This document shows positions 12,091 through 23,862 of a DNA stretch of 64,000 nucleotides, piece by piece. Position 1 is the first letter of the stretch. Each line of letters begins with the position of its first letter. The translations under genes and the position numbers were made by a program. The stretch spans positions 1 to 64,000 of the forward strand of contig NW_021833259.1 of NCBI RefSeq assembly GCF_006345805.1, given 5' to 3'. This DNA is from Octopus sinensis (taxonomy: Eukaryota). A model generated the notes under the pieces. It was not told where the DNA came from. It worked only from the letters and a program-made list of their open reading frames with translations, and searched no databases.

Positions 12091-13800
12091 TAGCACTTGC
12101 ATGTGCAAGTTGTTTGCAAGACATCTAAGACCTTGTGGTAGGGAACCACTGACAAACCGGAAAGACGGTTAGGCATCTTGGAAAGACAAGAGGACTGCTC
12201 GGAAAGACGAGCGGACAATAGGAAAGACTATCGACACCAGGAAAGACTGGTGGAGGCTGCAGACTTACGATCCTCGCCTTTGTAATATATTGTAACAGAT
12301 ATGAATGGATATGACAGCCCCACGATCGACCGAGAGGGGAGAATCGAGAATCAATCAAACCCAGTCAGCACGGAAATGACCTTGGAAATGAGTGCGGTTA
12401 TTCATTCGAACAGCGAACGAAATGCAAACAACTTTGGATGCAAGCTGTGCTGTAGAACCTTTGCAACTGTGAGAAGCTTGAAGATACATCAGGGAAAGAC
12501 TTGTGAGAAGAGGACAGAGCAGTGTGGATCGTCAGATCGTAAAACACGTGGCAAATCATCCCCGGACTCAAACCACAGCGGATCGATAAATGCTACAGCA
12601 GAGACCTTTTCGCGTGATGAAACTACAAGTCATGAAACTGGTGCATCGGATAATACTCAGAGGAAACCGAGGGTTTTGTGGCCTGCTGCTAATGAGAAAG
12701 TGAAATATAAAGAGTTTGAAAACAAGGTTTGTCGGGCTCTTTATAAAATGACAGGCTCTACAGTGGAGAAACTGGGCAAATTATCAAGCTCAATATACTA
12801 TATATAAAAAAGATTTATTGGAATAAAGAGAATATCCGGCTAGAGAAAGGAAAGTGTGGACCAAGCAAGAGGATCAGAAAAATGCAGCAGTTGAGGAAGG
12901 AAAAGTCCGACTTAAGAAAGCGATGGAGATGTGCTGCACTAGATGAGAAACCTGGCCTTGCGCTGCTGTATAACGATTTGAAGAGGAAATGTCGTTATGT
13001 GCAACGACATATCCGCCGATGTGAGCGTCGAAAAGACAGTAAAAGGACTCGGGGGCAGTTTCTGAAGGACCCGTACGGGTTTACTAAGAAGCTATTCACT
13101 GAACCGAACAGTGGCACTTTATCGTGCACTAAAGAAGAATTGGATGCTCATATCAAGGATACCTACAAGGCAAGATCTTTATGGGAATTCTGTCGAGGAG
13201 AACAGTTGCATATTTACACAAATTACTAATAACAGCCATGGACCACTTCCACATTCCTGACAAAGTGATCAAAATAATGAGGATGTACTATGACAGTTTC
13301 GAAATGAGGTTTACGACTGGAAATTTTACAACAAATTGGCACCGATTGGAAGTTGGCATTGCTGCTGGCTGTACGATATCTGTCACGTGGTTTATCTTAG
13401 TCATGGAGTTGATTTTGGAAGGTGTAGATTTTTCGGAACAAATCGCCCAGGTACAATTGCCTAAGAAAGCCTTCATGGATGACGTGACACTTCTAGCTAC
13501 AGATGAAAAAATCATGCAGAATGCCCTCTTGAGATTAGACGAACTTGTAAGGTGGTCAAGGATGCGATTTAGAGCAAAAAAGTCGCGTAGGCTGACATTT
13601 GTTAAGGGAGTGCAGAAAGAATTTAAGTTTCGAATATCTGAAGAAAGCATCCCAACAGTCAAGGAAGAGCCCGTCAAGAGCTTAGGACGAGTATACGCTG
13701 GAACATTGTCAGACAGAAGTCGTGGGATTGAAATTATGAAACAGGCCGAGGCTGGGTTATCAGCGATTGATAATTCGAAGTTTCCAGGTAAATATAAAAT
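12090..13800 (+). mobile_element. Second HERO-like LINE, 5' half (structured 5' UTR, C2H2 zinc finger, internally deleted RT)
   Basis: CKLCCRTFATVRSLKIHQGKTC, RKPRVLWP, GIAAGCTIS, KAFMDDVT, WSRMRFRAKKSR, IPTVKEEPVKSLG, FPGKYK; contains stops and deletions. Confidence 0.85.
12155..12252 (+). ncRNA. Array of five stem-loops with identical G-GAAAGA-C loop and different stems (putative RNA element in the 5' UTR)
   Basis: AACCG/CGGTT, TCTTG/CAAGA, GCTCG/CGAGC, ATAG/CTAT and CACCAG/CTGGTG each close a GAAAGA loop; period 19-21 nt. Confidence 0.75.
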
Positions 13801-13802
13801 TG

Positions 13803-15590
13803 ATGTTTGTGACAGCACATAAGATCTCCTCAGCAGGATCAATGACTGTAACAACACTTATGACTTGACAGGATGTATGGTGGGTAGCATGGATGTGGTA
13901 TCCCTATACCCATCGATCGACGTAGATTTTGCGGTGGAGAAGTGCGTGGAGATGATCAACGAGAGCCAGGTGGAGTTCCGTAATGTCAACACAGAAGAAC
14001 TGGGCCTCCTACTTAGACTGACATGTAATAATGTATACTTAGATAAGCATAATCTTAGTAGTTTCTGCCCCAGTAGATGTTTAAGAGGTAGACCGCCCAC
14101 AATTACGTCTATGGCTAGGAAGACACATATAGAAAGATGGCGCGGATGGACCAGAGCCATACGGAGCCCCGCAAATGTCCATCAGGCAAAGAAAATGATC
14201 GCACATGCACTAGGAGCTAGTATAAGAGTTACCCTAAAAGGCCACACGTTTAAGTTTAATAATAAAATATATGCCTAGGACGAGGGGGCAGCTATCGGCG
14301 TTAGTATCGCTGGTGATGTGGCTAACCTTTCCATGGTATGGTGGGACAGAAGGCTTAAAGAACGCCTAACACAGAACTCCATACTCGTAAACATGTACTC
14401 TCGCTATGTTGATGATATCAACATAGTGGTAAAGGCACCTCCACAAGAGTACTCTTGAAAGAGAAATAGAAACTAATACTATGGAGAGTATCCAGCAAAT
14501 ACATAACTCCATCCTCCAGAGTATTAAGGTTACAATAGACTACCCCACTAAACACCCCAACCATAGACTACCAGTGCTAGACACTGAACTCTGGCTAGAA
14601 ATTGTGAATAATAAAACCCAAATCCTTCATTCATACTATGCCAAACCTATGGCCTCAAAATACTTGATCCACCGGAACTCAGCCATTGCGGACAATGCCA
14701 AATTCAATATTTTGATGGCAGACCTCGTCAGAATAATGAGAAATGTGTCACGCATGTGCGAGCCTACAGTTTAAAGAAACACATATGATATTTCATTCAC
14801 CGCATGCAGTTCTCAGGTTACATCCATAAAAGAAAGGATCAGAGTATACAAAGGAGCCATGAAGAAATTTGATAATATATTATGTAATGATAGGAATGGG
14901 ATTTGCCCACTCTATAGGAACAAGTCATGGAACACTATAGAAAGGACAAAAAAGAAAATAGGGAAGGCCAACCATAAATACCAGAGTGTCATGTTCGTTG
15001 ACACCACCCCTGGAGGTGAACTGGCGTACCGCTTTAGAAGGACCCTAGACAAACTGAAGCTAAGAATTAACGTTGTTGAAAAGCCAGGCAACCCTATCAA
15101 ATCTATAATTGGTAGAACCTATCTTTTTAGTAGAACCCCCAGTACGGATAAGTACTGTACTGTATGTAGATTTAGCCCACAAACAAACTGTAAAGCCAGG
15201 AATGTAGTCTATAGTATAAGATGTATAGAGGGACGATGCAGTAACAAGACGACATACGTAGGGGAAACGGCAAGAAGCATAGGAGAGCGGGTAAATGGAC
15301 ATTGGAGACAACTCAAGGAAGGTAAAAGCTCATCGATTCTGTACCACACGCCGAACAGAAACACGGGGGATCAATCAATAACATACAAATTAAAATATTG
15401 TCCACACATAGAACAGATGCAACAATTAGATAAATTACAGAAGCTACACACATAATAGAAAATAAACGTAGCCTGAATAGAAAACTAGAATGGAGCACTA
15501 ACACACACCACAACATGTGACGATAGAGGCTCCAGAAACATAATAAATACATACAGATAAATAAACAAAATAAATAAATAACTATATATA
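13803..15590 (+). mobile_element. Penelope-like retroelement (RT plus C-terminal GIY-YIG), 5'-truncated and mutated
   Basis: SMDVVSLYPSI, GAAIGVSIAGDVANL, YSRYVDDI, RLPVLDTELWL, SVMFVDTTPGGEL, NVVYSIRC..TYVGETARSIGERVNGH. Confidence 0.9.
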
Positions 15591-16207
15591 TATATATATA
15601 TATAATGTATATATATATATGTATGTATATATATGTGTGTGTATATATATGTATATATATATATTTTTTTCAATTCGATTTATTATTATTGTTATTACTA
15701 CTATTGTTGTTATACACATACATACAAGCATATGTAATGATAATAATAAGTAGATGTAAACACATGAACAAAATAAGAATAAACAAAAACAACAACAACA
15801 AAACAAAATACAAATTACATGAACGTATATAAACAGAAGATAGAAATATTACAGGCATCCCCCCACATACACACACTATATAAACATAGACGCACATAGA
15901 GATATAAGCATGCGCAAATGAAGACATACAATAGAAATACAAAAGGCTTACGGTTAGTAAGGAGAGACACAAATAAGAAAGAATCAAAGGACCACTGATG
16001 CGGTCACAGGAGTGTGACGAAAGAACTCTGGCCGAAATAAGATTAAGATTAATGTAAAAAATAAATAACACTGAAGCAAAATAACACCAAATATATCAAT
16101 ATGACCATTCCGAAATATAACAATATCTGTTTCAACACACGACTTCACATAAAAAATCTTGCACAACAAATATTTAAACGTACTAATATATATATATATA
16201 TAATATA

Positions 16208-16288
<81 letters not shown>

Positions 16289-16620
16289 GTATGTATGTTG
16301 TATGTATGTTTAGGTGTGTGCGCCTGTGTTATTTTATGTGTATACGTGTGTGATGGATCGTACGTGTGTGTGTGCTGTATAGGAACATATGTACATGGTC
16401 CATGCATACATCCTTACATCCATCCATCCATCCATCCATCGGTATGTACATACATCCATATCAATACATACATCCATATATTCATACATACATCCATATA
16501 TTCATACATACATACGTAGATGCATACATATGCACGCATACACACATGCATACATTCACGCATACTTGCATATTAAATACATAAAGACATACATATATTA
16601 ACACAAAATCCATGACTTAC

Positions 16621-16764
16621 CGTTTTTGATTTCTCTTCCATTTTTCCTATTCTTGAATCTTGATGAAGATTGACGATCGTCAGCACGAGAAGAACCCCAA
16701 AAGCTATGAGAGAAGAAATGGAATAACGCTGCGAAATATTCCTGGGCAGTTGTGCGAAATCCAT
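16621..16764 (-). CDS. Putative first coding exon of the array gene (cytoplasmic tail plus signal-anchor helix), orphan copy
   Basis: MDFAQLPRNISQRYSISSLIAFGVLLVLTIVNLHQDSRIGKMEEKSKT; ATG with A at -3 and G at +4; ends ACG|GTAAGT; the 144-nt frame is open in three copies. Confidence 0.55.
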
Positions 16765-17150
16765 TCTGGTGACAGTTGTCGGTCGTTCGTGATACTTCGT
16801 GTGGCTTCAACAAAAGATCGAGATGCGAGGTTTAAGCTGAAGACCTGTAACTGAATTCCACGTATTTATTGAGCGAACAACAACCCAGCTCTGGCATAGA
16901 TCTTATCGTAAATTTAAGAACCAATGCGATTGGTGGAACTGTAAAAGCGGGTGTGAACTTGTCTGACAGGTTTAATTATTGGAAAGAGATGGTTTGATAT
17001 TGTCACACAATAATTAGCAAAATATGTTGATGAATGAGAGACACGTGTAAAGTGAAATGATTCCTGTTTCTGGGTATATTATGATATATTTATTTACTAA
17101 TGTTGTTATTTAATTTTCTTTGTTATTATTGGGAAGCTGTTTTAATATTC

Positions 17151-17572
17151 AGGAGTGGCTGTGTGGTAAGTAGCTTGCTTACCAACCACATGGTTCCGGG
17201 TTCTGTCCCACTGCTCGGCATCTTGGGCATGTGTCTTCTGCTGTAGCCTCGGGCCGACCAATGACTTTTGAGTGGAGTTGGTAGACGGTAACTGAAAGAA
17301 GCCTGTCGAATATATGTATATATGTATATATATATATTATGTGTGTGTATATGTTTGTGTGTCAGTGTTTGTCCCCCCACCATCGCTTGACAACCGATGC
17401 TGGTGTGTTTACGTCCCCGTCACTTAGCCGTTCGGCAATAAGAGATCGATAGAATAAGTACAGGGCTTACAAGGAATAAGTCCCGGGGCCGATATGCTCG
17501 ACTAAGGCGGTGCTCTAGCATGGCCGCAGTCAAATGACTGCAACAAGTAAAAGAGTAAAGTGTAAAAGAGTG
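17151..17572 (+). mobile_element. tRNA-derived SINE, family 1 (full length)
   Basis: tRNA-like head aggagtggctgtgtggtaag..ggttccgggttc, CA-rich middle, tail gcatggccgcagtcaaatgactg..aaaagagtaaa; absent at the equivalent site of the 37- and 51-kb copies. Confidence 0.85.
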
Positions 17573-17654
17573 AGAATATTTCGTTCAACCAACAAATACA
17601 CAGACGCACACACACACACACCACACACACACACACACACCACATACACACACA

Positions 17655-17700
<46 letters not shown>

Positions 17701-17712
17701 CACACACACACA

Positions 17713-17751
<39 letters not shown>

Positions 17752-18663
17752 GCACACATACACAGTAATCGCAAGACTTAATCTAATGAAGTCTAATGTT
17801 CGGTTTGGATTCTTCACAAGATGCGTTAATCTGATTAGAAAAGTTTTATGTGAATATGAAAATCAAAACCTACCATTCCCACCCACCCACACATATATAC
17901 ACCACACATATATACACACACACATATATACACACACATATATACATACATACTTTCATACATACAAGTTTTTATGCATGTGTATATGAATGTAAGCATG
18001 TAAATATCTATATACACCTTCACACTTACATATATACATACATACATATATACACACACACATATATACGTTCATACATATATACATACATATGTACAAA
18101 CGTACATACATGCAAGCATATGTTTGTGTGAGTGTATCTTTATATGTATGAATGTATAAATGTAGGTATGCATGTATATATGTATATGTGTGTATTAAGA
18201 GATAGATGAATACTTGCATATATACATATATACACGCACATGTATGTGTGTGTATCTTCGTATGTATGAATGTATGAATATATATATTTATGTATGCATG
18301 GATGCATGCATTCATGCATGTGTGTGTTTATATATATATATGTATTGATAGATAGATGATTACATACATACATACATACATACATATATACATATATACA
18401 TACATACTTATATACATATATACATACATACATACATACATAGTCAGACAGATAGATTTCTTTTTGTCTGTTTCATTCATTAGACTGCCGCCTGGACCAG
18501 TTTTTAAGGGAACTAAACTCCCTCAAGGTCTATTTTCGTTGTAAGCCTGGTATTTACTGTATCATTTTCTTACGCAGGGCCACTAAGTTACGGGGATGTA
18601 AACATAACAACACCGATGGTGAAACGGTGCTGGAGGAAACACCGATACGCCCGCACCCGTATC

Positions 18664-18756
<93 letters not shown>

Positions 18757-18764
18757 TATATACT

Positions 18765-18975
18765 CTTTATTTTACTCTTTTACTTGTTTCAGTCATTTGA
18801 CTGCGGCCATGCTGGAGCACCGCCTTTAGTCGAACAACTAGACCCTGGGACTTATTCTTTGGAAGCCCAATACTTATTCTATCGGTCTCTTTTTGCCTAA
18901 CCGCTAAGTGACGGGAACTTAAACACACCAGCATCTGTTGTCAAGCAATGCTAGAGGGACAAACACAGACAAACA
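18765..18975 (-). mobile_element. SINE family 1, 3' portion
   Basis: ttactcttttacttgtttcagtcatttgactgcggccatgctggagcaccgcc matches the other copies. Confidence 0.8.
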
Positions 18976-18988
18976 AACATATACATAC

Positions 18989-19098
<110 letters not shown>

Positions 19099-19106
19099 AT
19101 ATATAA

Positions 19107-19938
19107 ACTACAAAATTAGAGAATGGAGAAACATACTTAAATCAATAAAACATCAACTATCCGATGATACCCAATCAATACTTTAATACACCATTACATA
19201 TGAGTAAAGGCATTATACAAAATGAGTTATACAGTAATAGTAAAAAATAAAGAGATATAAGTAAAACATTTCAAATATAATATGCAATTAAATCAAAACT
19301 TCCCCTTCTATTTTTTAATGCCTAAACTGGTATATTATGGCATTAAATTTATTAAGTAAATAAGAGATTTATTTATAATATATAAATTAATATATATTTT
19401 ATATTTTATAATTTAGCGTACTTGGAATCATAACAAACTTACGATAAATCTAACAACCGTATGTTTACTATGCAACAAACCGGTGTTATAAATTTTAAGT
19501 TACCCATGAAATAATTATCTGACTTAGTAACATACTGATATTTAAATATATTTATATCTAAATTAAATATTTTATGAAATGCATGGGTGGTTCTTTTTCG
19601 TTATTTGAGGCACAGTTATAATTTTGTAGGACTAAATGGTAGCATAGTTGCTTCCCTTTTTGTTTATCTATGTGCTAGTTGTTGCTTGTGATTATGTATG
19701 TGTATAAGTGTATGTATATACATATAACTATGTGTGTATGTGCGATTGATCTGTAGATGCGTGTGTGAATATTGGCGTTCCTTGACTAACCAACCGTATA
19801 ATTTTCTTTTGTGATTTAAATTTCAAACCAATAGCCAATCGAATTAATCTAAATTTTCTTTACCTAGTGGTCAGCATTTCTAAACTCATAGTTATTTCGA
19901 TCTTGAAAGGATGGACTTGGTGCAAACTTAACTGTATC

Positions 19939-20023
<85 letters not shown>

Positions 20024-21150
20024 ATTAATAGTAATTTTTATTAACTTTCATAGCTTTAGAATTTTATGAACTGAACCATGGTTTTAATTATTATTTTTCA
20101 TCTCCCTATGTAATGAGTATTATATTATATAAGTGTAGCATTATGATGTATAAGTTTTTATATTTTACATTTTTATATTTTTATATTATATGTATATGGT
20201 TATATAATATTTTTCACAATTATAACAAATTTAATTTAATTCTCTGAAGAGGCCGTGGGGCATCCTTGTTAATGCCTCATTTATACCTGCCTTTATGGCT
20301 TAGAGGTTAAATGAGGTATGACTGCCCTCACTGCCGAAACAGCTGTCAGTTTTGATTTAATTGCATATTATATTTGAAATGCTGACCACTAGGTAAAGAA
20401 AATTTAGATTAATTCGATTGGCTATTGGTTTGAAATTTAAATCACAAAAGAAAATTATACGGTTGGTTAGTCAAGGAACGCCAATATTCACACACGCATC
20501 TACAGATCAATCGCACATACACACATAGTTATATGTATATACATACACTTATACACATACATAATCACAAGCAACAACTAGCACATAGATAAACAAAAAG
20601 GGAAGCAACTATGCTACCATTTAGTCCTTCAAAATTATAACTGTGCCTCAAATAACGAAAAAGAACCACCCATGCATTTCATAAAATATTTAATTTAGAT
20701 ATAAATATATTTTTAAATATCAGTATGTTACTAAGTCAGATAATTATTTCATGGGTAACTTAAAATTTATAACACCGGTTTGTTGCATAGTAAACATACG
20801 GTTGTTAGATTTATCGTAAGTTTGTTATGATTCCAAGTACGCTAAATTATAAAATATAAAATATATATTAATTTATATATTATAAATAAATCTCTTATTT
20901 ACTTAATAAATTTAATGCCATAATATACCAGTTTAGGCATTAAAAAATAGAAGGGGAAGTTTTGATTTAATTGCATATTATATTTGAAATTATTTACTTA
21001 TATCTCTTTATCTTTTTACTATTACTGTATATCTCATTTTGTATAATGCCTTTACTCAAATGTAATGGTGTATTAAAGTATTGATTGGGTATCATCGGAT
21101 AGTTGATGTTTTATTGATTTAAGTGTTTCTCCATTCTCTAATTTTGTAGT
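19107..21150. repeat. Long inverted repeat (arms 19107-19880 and 20376-21150, ~495-bp spacer), probably a tail-to-tail Penelope-like remnant
   Basis: The arms are near-identical reverse complements (actacaaaattagagaatggag / ctccattctctaattttgtagt; ggtcagcatttc / gaaatgctgacc); a hammerhead motif lies in the spacer. Confidence 0.9.
20241..20350 (+). ncRNA. Type I hammerhead ribozyme motif with enlarged branched stem II
   Basis: CTGAAGA 20244-20250; stem II GGCCGTGGGGCA / TGCCCTCACTGCC; GAAA 20336-20339; palindromic stem III CAGCTG; GTC cleavage triplet ending 20347; stem I only 2 bp. Confidence 0.7.
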
Positions 21151-21352
21151 ATTAATTTACGGTAATATTATTACCTTTACCCATATAATACAATAGATGA
21201 ACTGATTGTTTGACAATTTTTAACATCTATGTATTAATCTTGTTGGGTACCTATCTGGCAGTATATTGGATATATATTATCCCATGGTGGGTAGAATTTT
21301 CAACCCCTATCTCATTTTATAACTTATATATATATATATATATTATATATAT

Positions 21353-21486
21353 ACGACAGGCTTCTTTCAGTTTCCGTCTACGAAATCCACTCACAAGGCT
21401 TTGGTCGGCCCAGAAGACACTTTCCCCAGATGCCACGCAGTGGGGACTGAACCCGGAACCATGCTACTTACCACACAGCCACTCCT
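21353..21486 (-). mobile_element. SINE family 1, 5' portion with internal deletions
   Basis: ggcttctttcagtttccgtcta..gggactgaacccggaaccatg..ccacacagccactcct. Confidence 0.8.
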
Positions 21487-21522
21487 GCGCCTATATAATA
21501 TGTATATGCATATGGATATATT

Positions 21523-21578
<56 letters not shown>

Positions 21579-21904
21579 TTCGTACCGATATCTTACAGTC
21601 ATTTATCTGAGAAATACTCCACACGCACCAACATGCATGAATGATTACCTACAGGTAGTTAGTTGGGTGGTGTACATTTTGTGATATTTCTGAAGCAGAT
21701 AATTAATACCTTTTATAAGACGAGAACTGAATCTAGATAGGAAACTGTTGATGCGCATTCAGGGCCAACGCAATGGTGCATATAGAAGTTATTTTTGTTG
21801 TTGCTGTTGTTGTTGTCGGTAAAGCCCTCATGCACTTTCTGTCCTTTTATGAATCCGAATTGTGAGATTAAAACCGCATAAATTATAACATTGATCTCGA
21901 TTTG

Positions 21905-22415
21905 TCAGCTTCCGAGACCGCGAGCGACGCGGCCGCCCGCGCGCCGCGACCGCGCTAATCCCTCGCAAGGGGGCGACGCGCGTTGCGGTCGAGGGACACC
22001 TCGCCCGAAAATCCGCCCGCTGCCGCCGGTCAGCGACGAGCATCGGCAACCTACCCGACCCGTCTTGAAACACGGACCAAGGAGTCCCAGTCGACTGCGA
22101 GTCGTTGGAGCCTTTCAATTCGCGAACTCCGACGGCACAGCGAAAGCGAGAACGTGACACGACGTCGCCGTCTCGCTTCGGCGTGACGGCGCTTCGAAGC
22201 ATTGTTCCCGGGTCGGGTCCGCGCGTTCGCCGCGACGTTCGCGTCCGGCGTTCCCGCTCCGACTCAGGTGTAGCAGGCGGCCGGGGACCCGAAAGATGGC
22301 GATCCATGTCCGGTCGGGACGAAGCCAGAGGAAACTCTGGTGGAAGTCCGAAGCGCCTCTGACGTGCAAATCGATCGTCGGAACCGGGTGTAGGGGCGAA
22401 ACACCAATCGAGCCG

Positions 22416-22458
<43 letters not shown>

Positions 22459-22872
22459 CGCCAGCGGGAGAACGACACGCAATTCCGTCCGGTAAGGCGA
22501 ACGACTGGGGGCCCCGGGGACGTTGACGGCCTCGATCTACTCTCGAACTCGGAACGGGCGAAACGGGCCGCTCCTCTCTCGATCGGAGGCGGCCGCCGTT
22601 ATGCGACAACGAATGCAAGGTGCCAAGTGGGCCACTTTTGGTAAGCAGAACTGGTGATGTGGGATGAACCGAACGTCCGGCTAAGGTGCCCTACTTTTCG
22701 CCCATTAGATCCCCGAAAGAGTGTCGGTCGATATAGACAGCAGGACGGTGGCCAGGGAAGTCGGAATCCGCTCAGGAGTGTGTAACAACTTACCTGCCGA
22801 ATCGACCGGCCCCGAAAATGGATGGCGCTGGAGCGAGCGACCGATGCCGGACCGGCCGGGCGATGCCCCTCA
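21905..22872 (+). rRNA. 28S rRNA: 28S rRNA internal fragment (end of D2 to about D7), divergent
   Basis: acccgacccgtcttgaaacacggaccaaggag, gacccgaaagatgg, ttccctcaggatagctgg, gggccacttttggtaagcagaactgg, gacagcaggacggtggcc, aaaatggatggcgctggagcg. Confidence 0.95.
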
Positions 22873-23194
22873 AGTTTTTTTTTTTTTTTTTTTTTGAGGA
22901 GGTGGCAAGGTTTGGGGGCCGTGCATCGATAGGAACTGAAAAAAAAAAAAATATACCCGGATTTGACTTCCTTTTTTTCTGTTTATGAAAAAAGTACCCG
23001 CCTTGCTGATGTTTTTAGATCCCTCTCTACTATGGATTGAATTCCTGGAAGAATTTTAACATTTTAGATTGGCATGTAAGGTTGTCGCAAGATAGGGAAT
23101 TGGCCTTGAGAATGTGGGACCGCCCCACATAAAAACTGGGAATAAACTCTATAGAGTTTCAGTACATAAGGGGAGGTGGACGGATCGAAGGCGA

Positions 23195-23241
23195 GAGATT
23201 CCCACTGTCCCTATCTACTGTCTAGCTAAAGCAGAGCTGAG
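23195..23241 (+). rRNA. Short 28S rRNA remnant from the region just downstream of the R2 target site
   Basis: gagattcccactgtccctatctactgtctagc matches the conserved 28S core. Confidence 0.75.
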
Positions 23242-23862
23242 TACGGCGAAGACCACGAGTGTGTGTGTCCGTGTGTTATCGACGAGGCACGAAGCGGCGA
23301 TTTTACTTTCAAGAGTTCTCGGTCAAGTGCACGAGTGCGCCAAGTTATGCGGCCGGTTGATTGCCGGGGAGTAAGTCTGAGTACGACGAAGACCACGAGT
23401 GTGTGTGTCCGTGTGTTATCGACGAGGCACGAAGCGGCGATTTTACTTTCAAGAGTTCTCGGTCAAGTGCACGAGTGCGCCAAGTTATGCGGCCGGTTGA
23501 TTGCCGGGGAGTAAGTCTGAGTACGACGAAGACCACGAGTGTGTGTGTCCGTGTGTTATCGACGAGGCACGAAGCGGCGATTTTACTTTCAAGAGTTCTC
23601 GGTCGAGTGCACGAGTGCGCCAAGTTATGCGGCCGGTTGATTGCCGGGGAGTAAGTCTGAGTACGACGAAGACCACGAGTGTGTGTGTCCGTGTGTTATC
23701 GACGAGGCACGAAGCGGCGATTTTACTTTCAAGAGTTCTCGGTCGAGTGCACGAGTGCGCCAAGTTATGCGGCCGGTTGATTGCCGGGGTAAGTCTGAGT
23801 ACGACGAAGACCATGAGTGTGTGTGTCCGTGTGTTATCGACGAGGCACGAAGCGGCGATTTT
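23239..23862. repeat. 140-bp tandem array (4 full copies plus a partial), rDNA-spacer-like
   Basis: Units start at 23239, 23379, 23519, 23659 and 23797 and are nearly identical. Confidence 0.95.

Noticed and set aside
12155-12252. CRISPR-like or guide-RNA array interpretation of the GAAAGA repeats
   Set aside because: The variable parts are only 4-6 nt and self-complementary, there are no cas-like genes, and the context is eukaryotic; retained only as a hairpin array
15995-16050. Hammerhead-like CTGATGCG..GTCAC/GTGAC..GAAA
   Set aside because: Core A9 is replaced and no NUH triplet or stem III/stem I can be formed; at most a decayed relic
17151-17225. tRNA genes at SINE heads
   Set aside because: tRNA-like boxes run into SINE bodies present in many copies; not standalone tRNAs
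22875-22950. T21 and A-runs as the poly(A) tail of an R2-like insertion
   Set aside because: Not at the R2 site, no element sequence follows, and the flanks look like corrupted 28S
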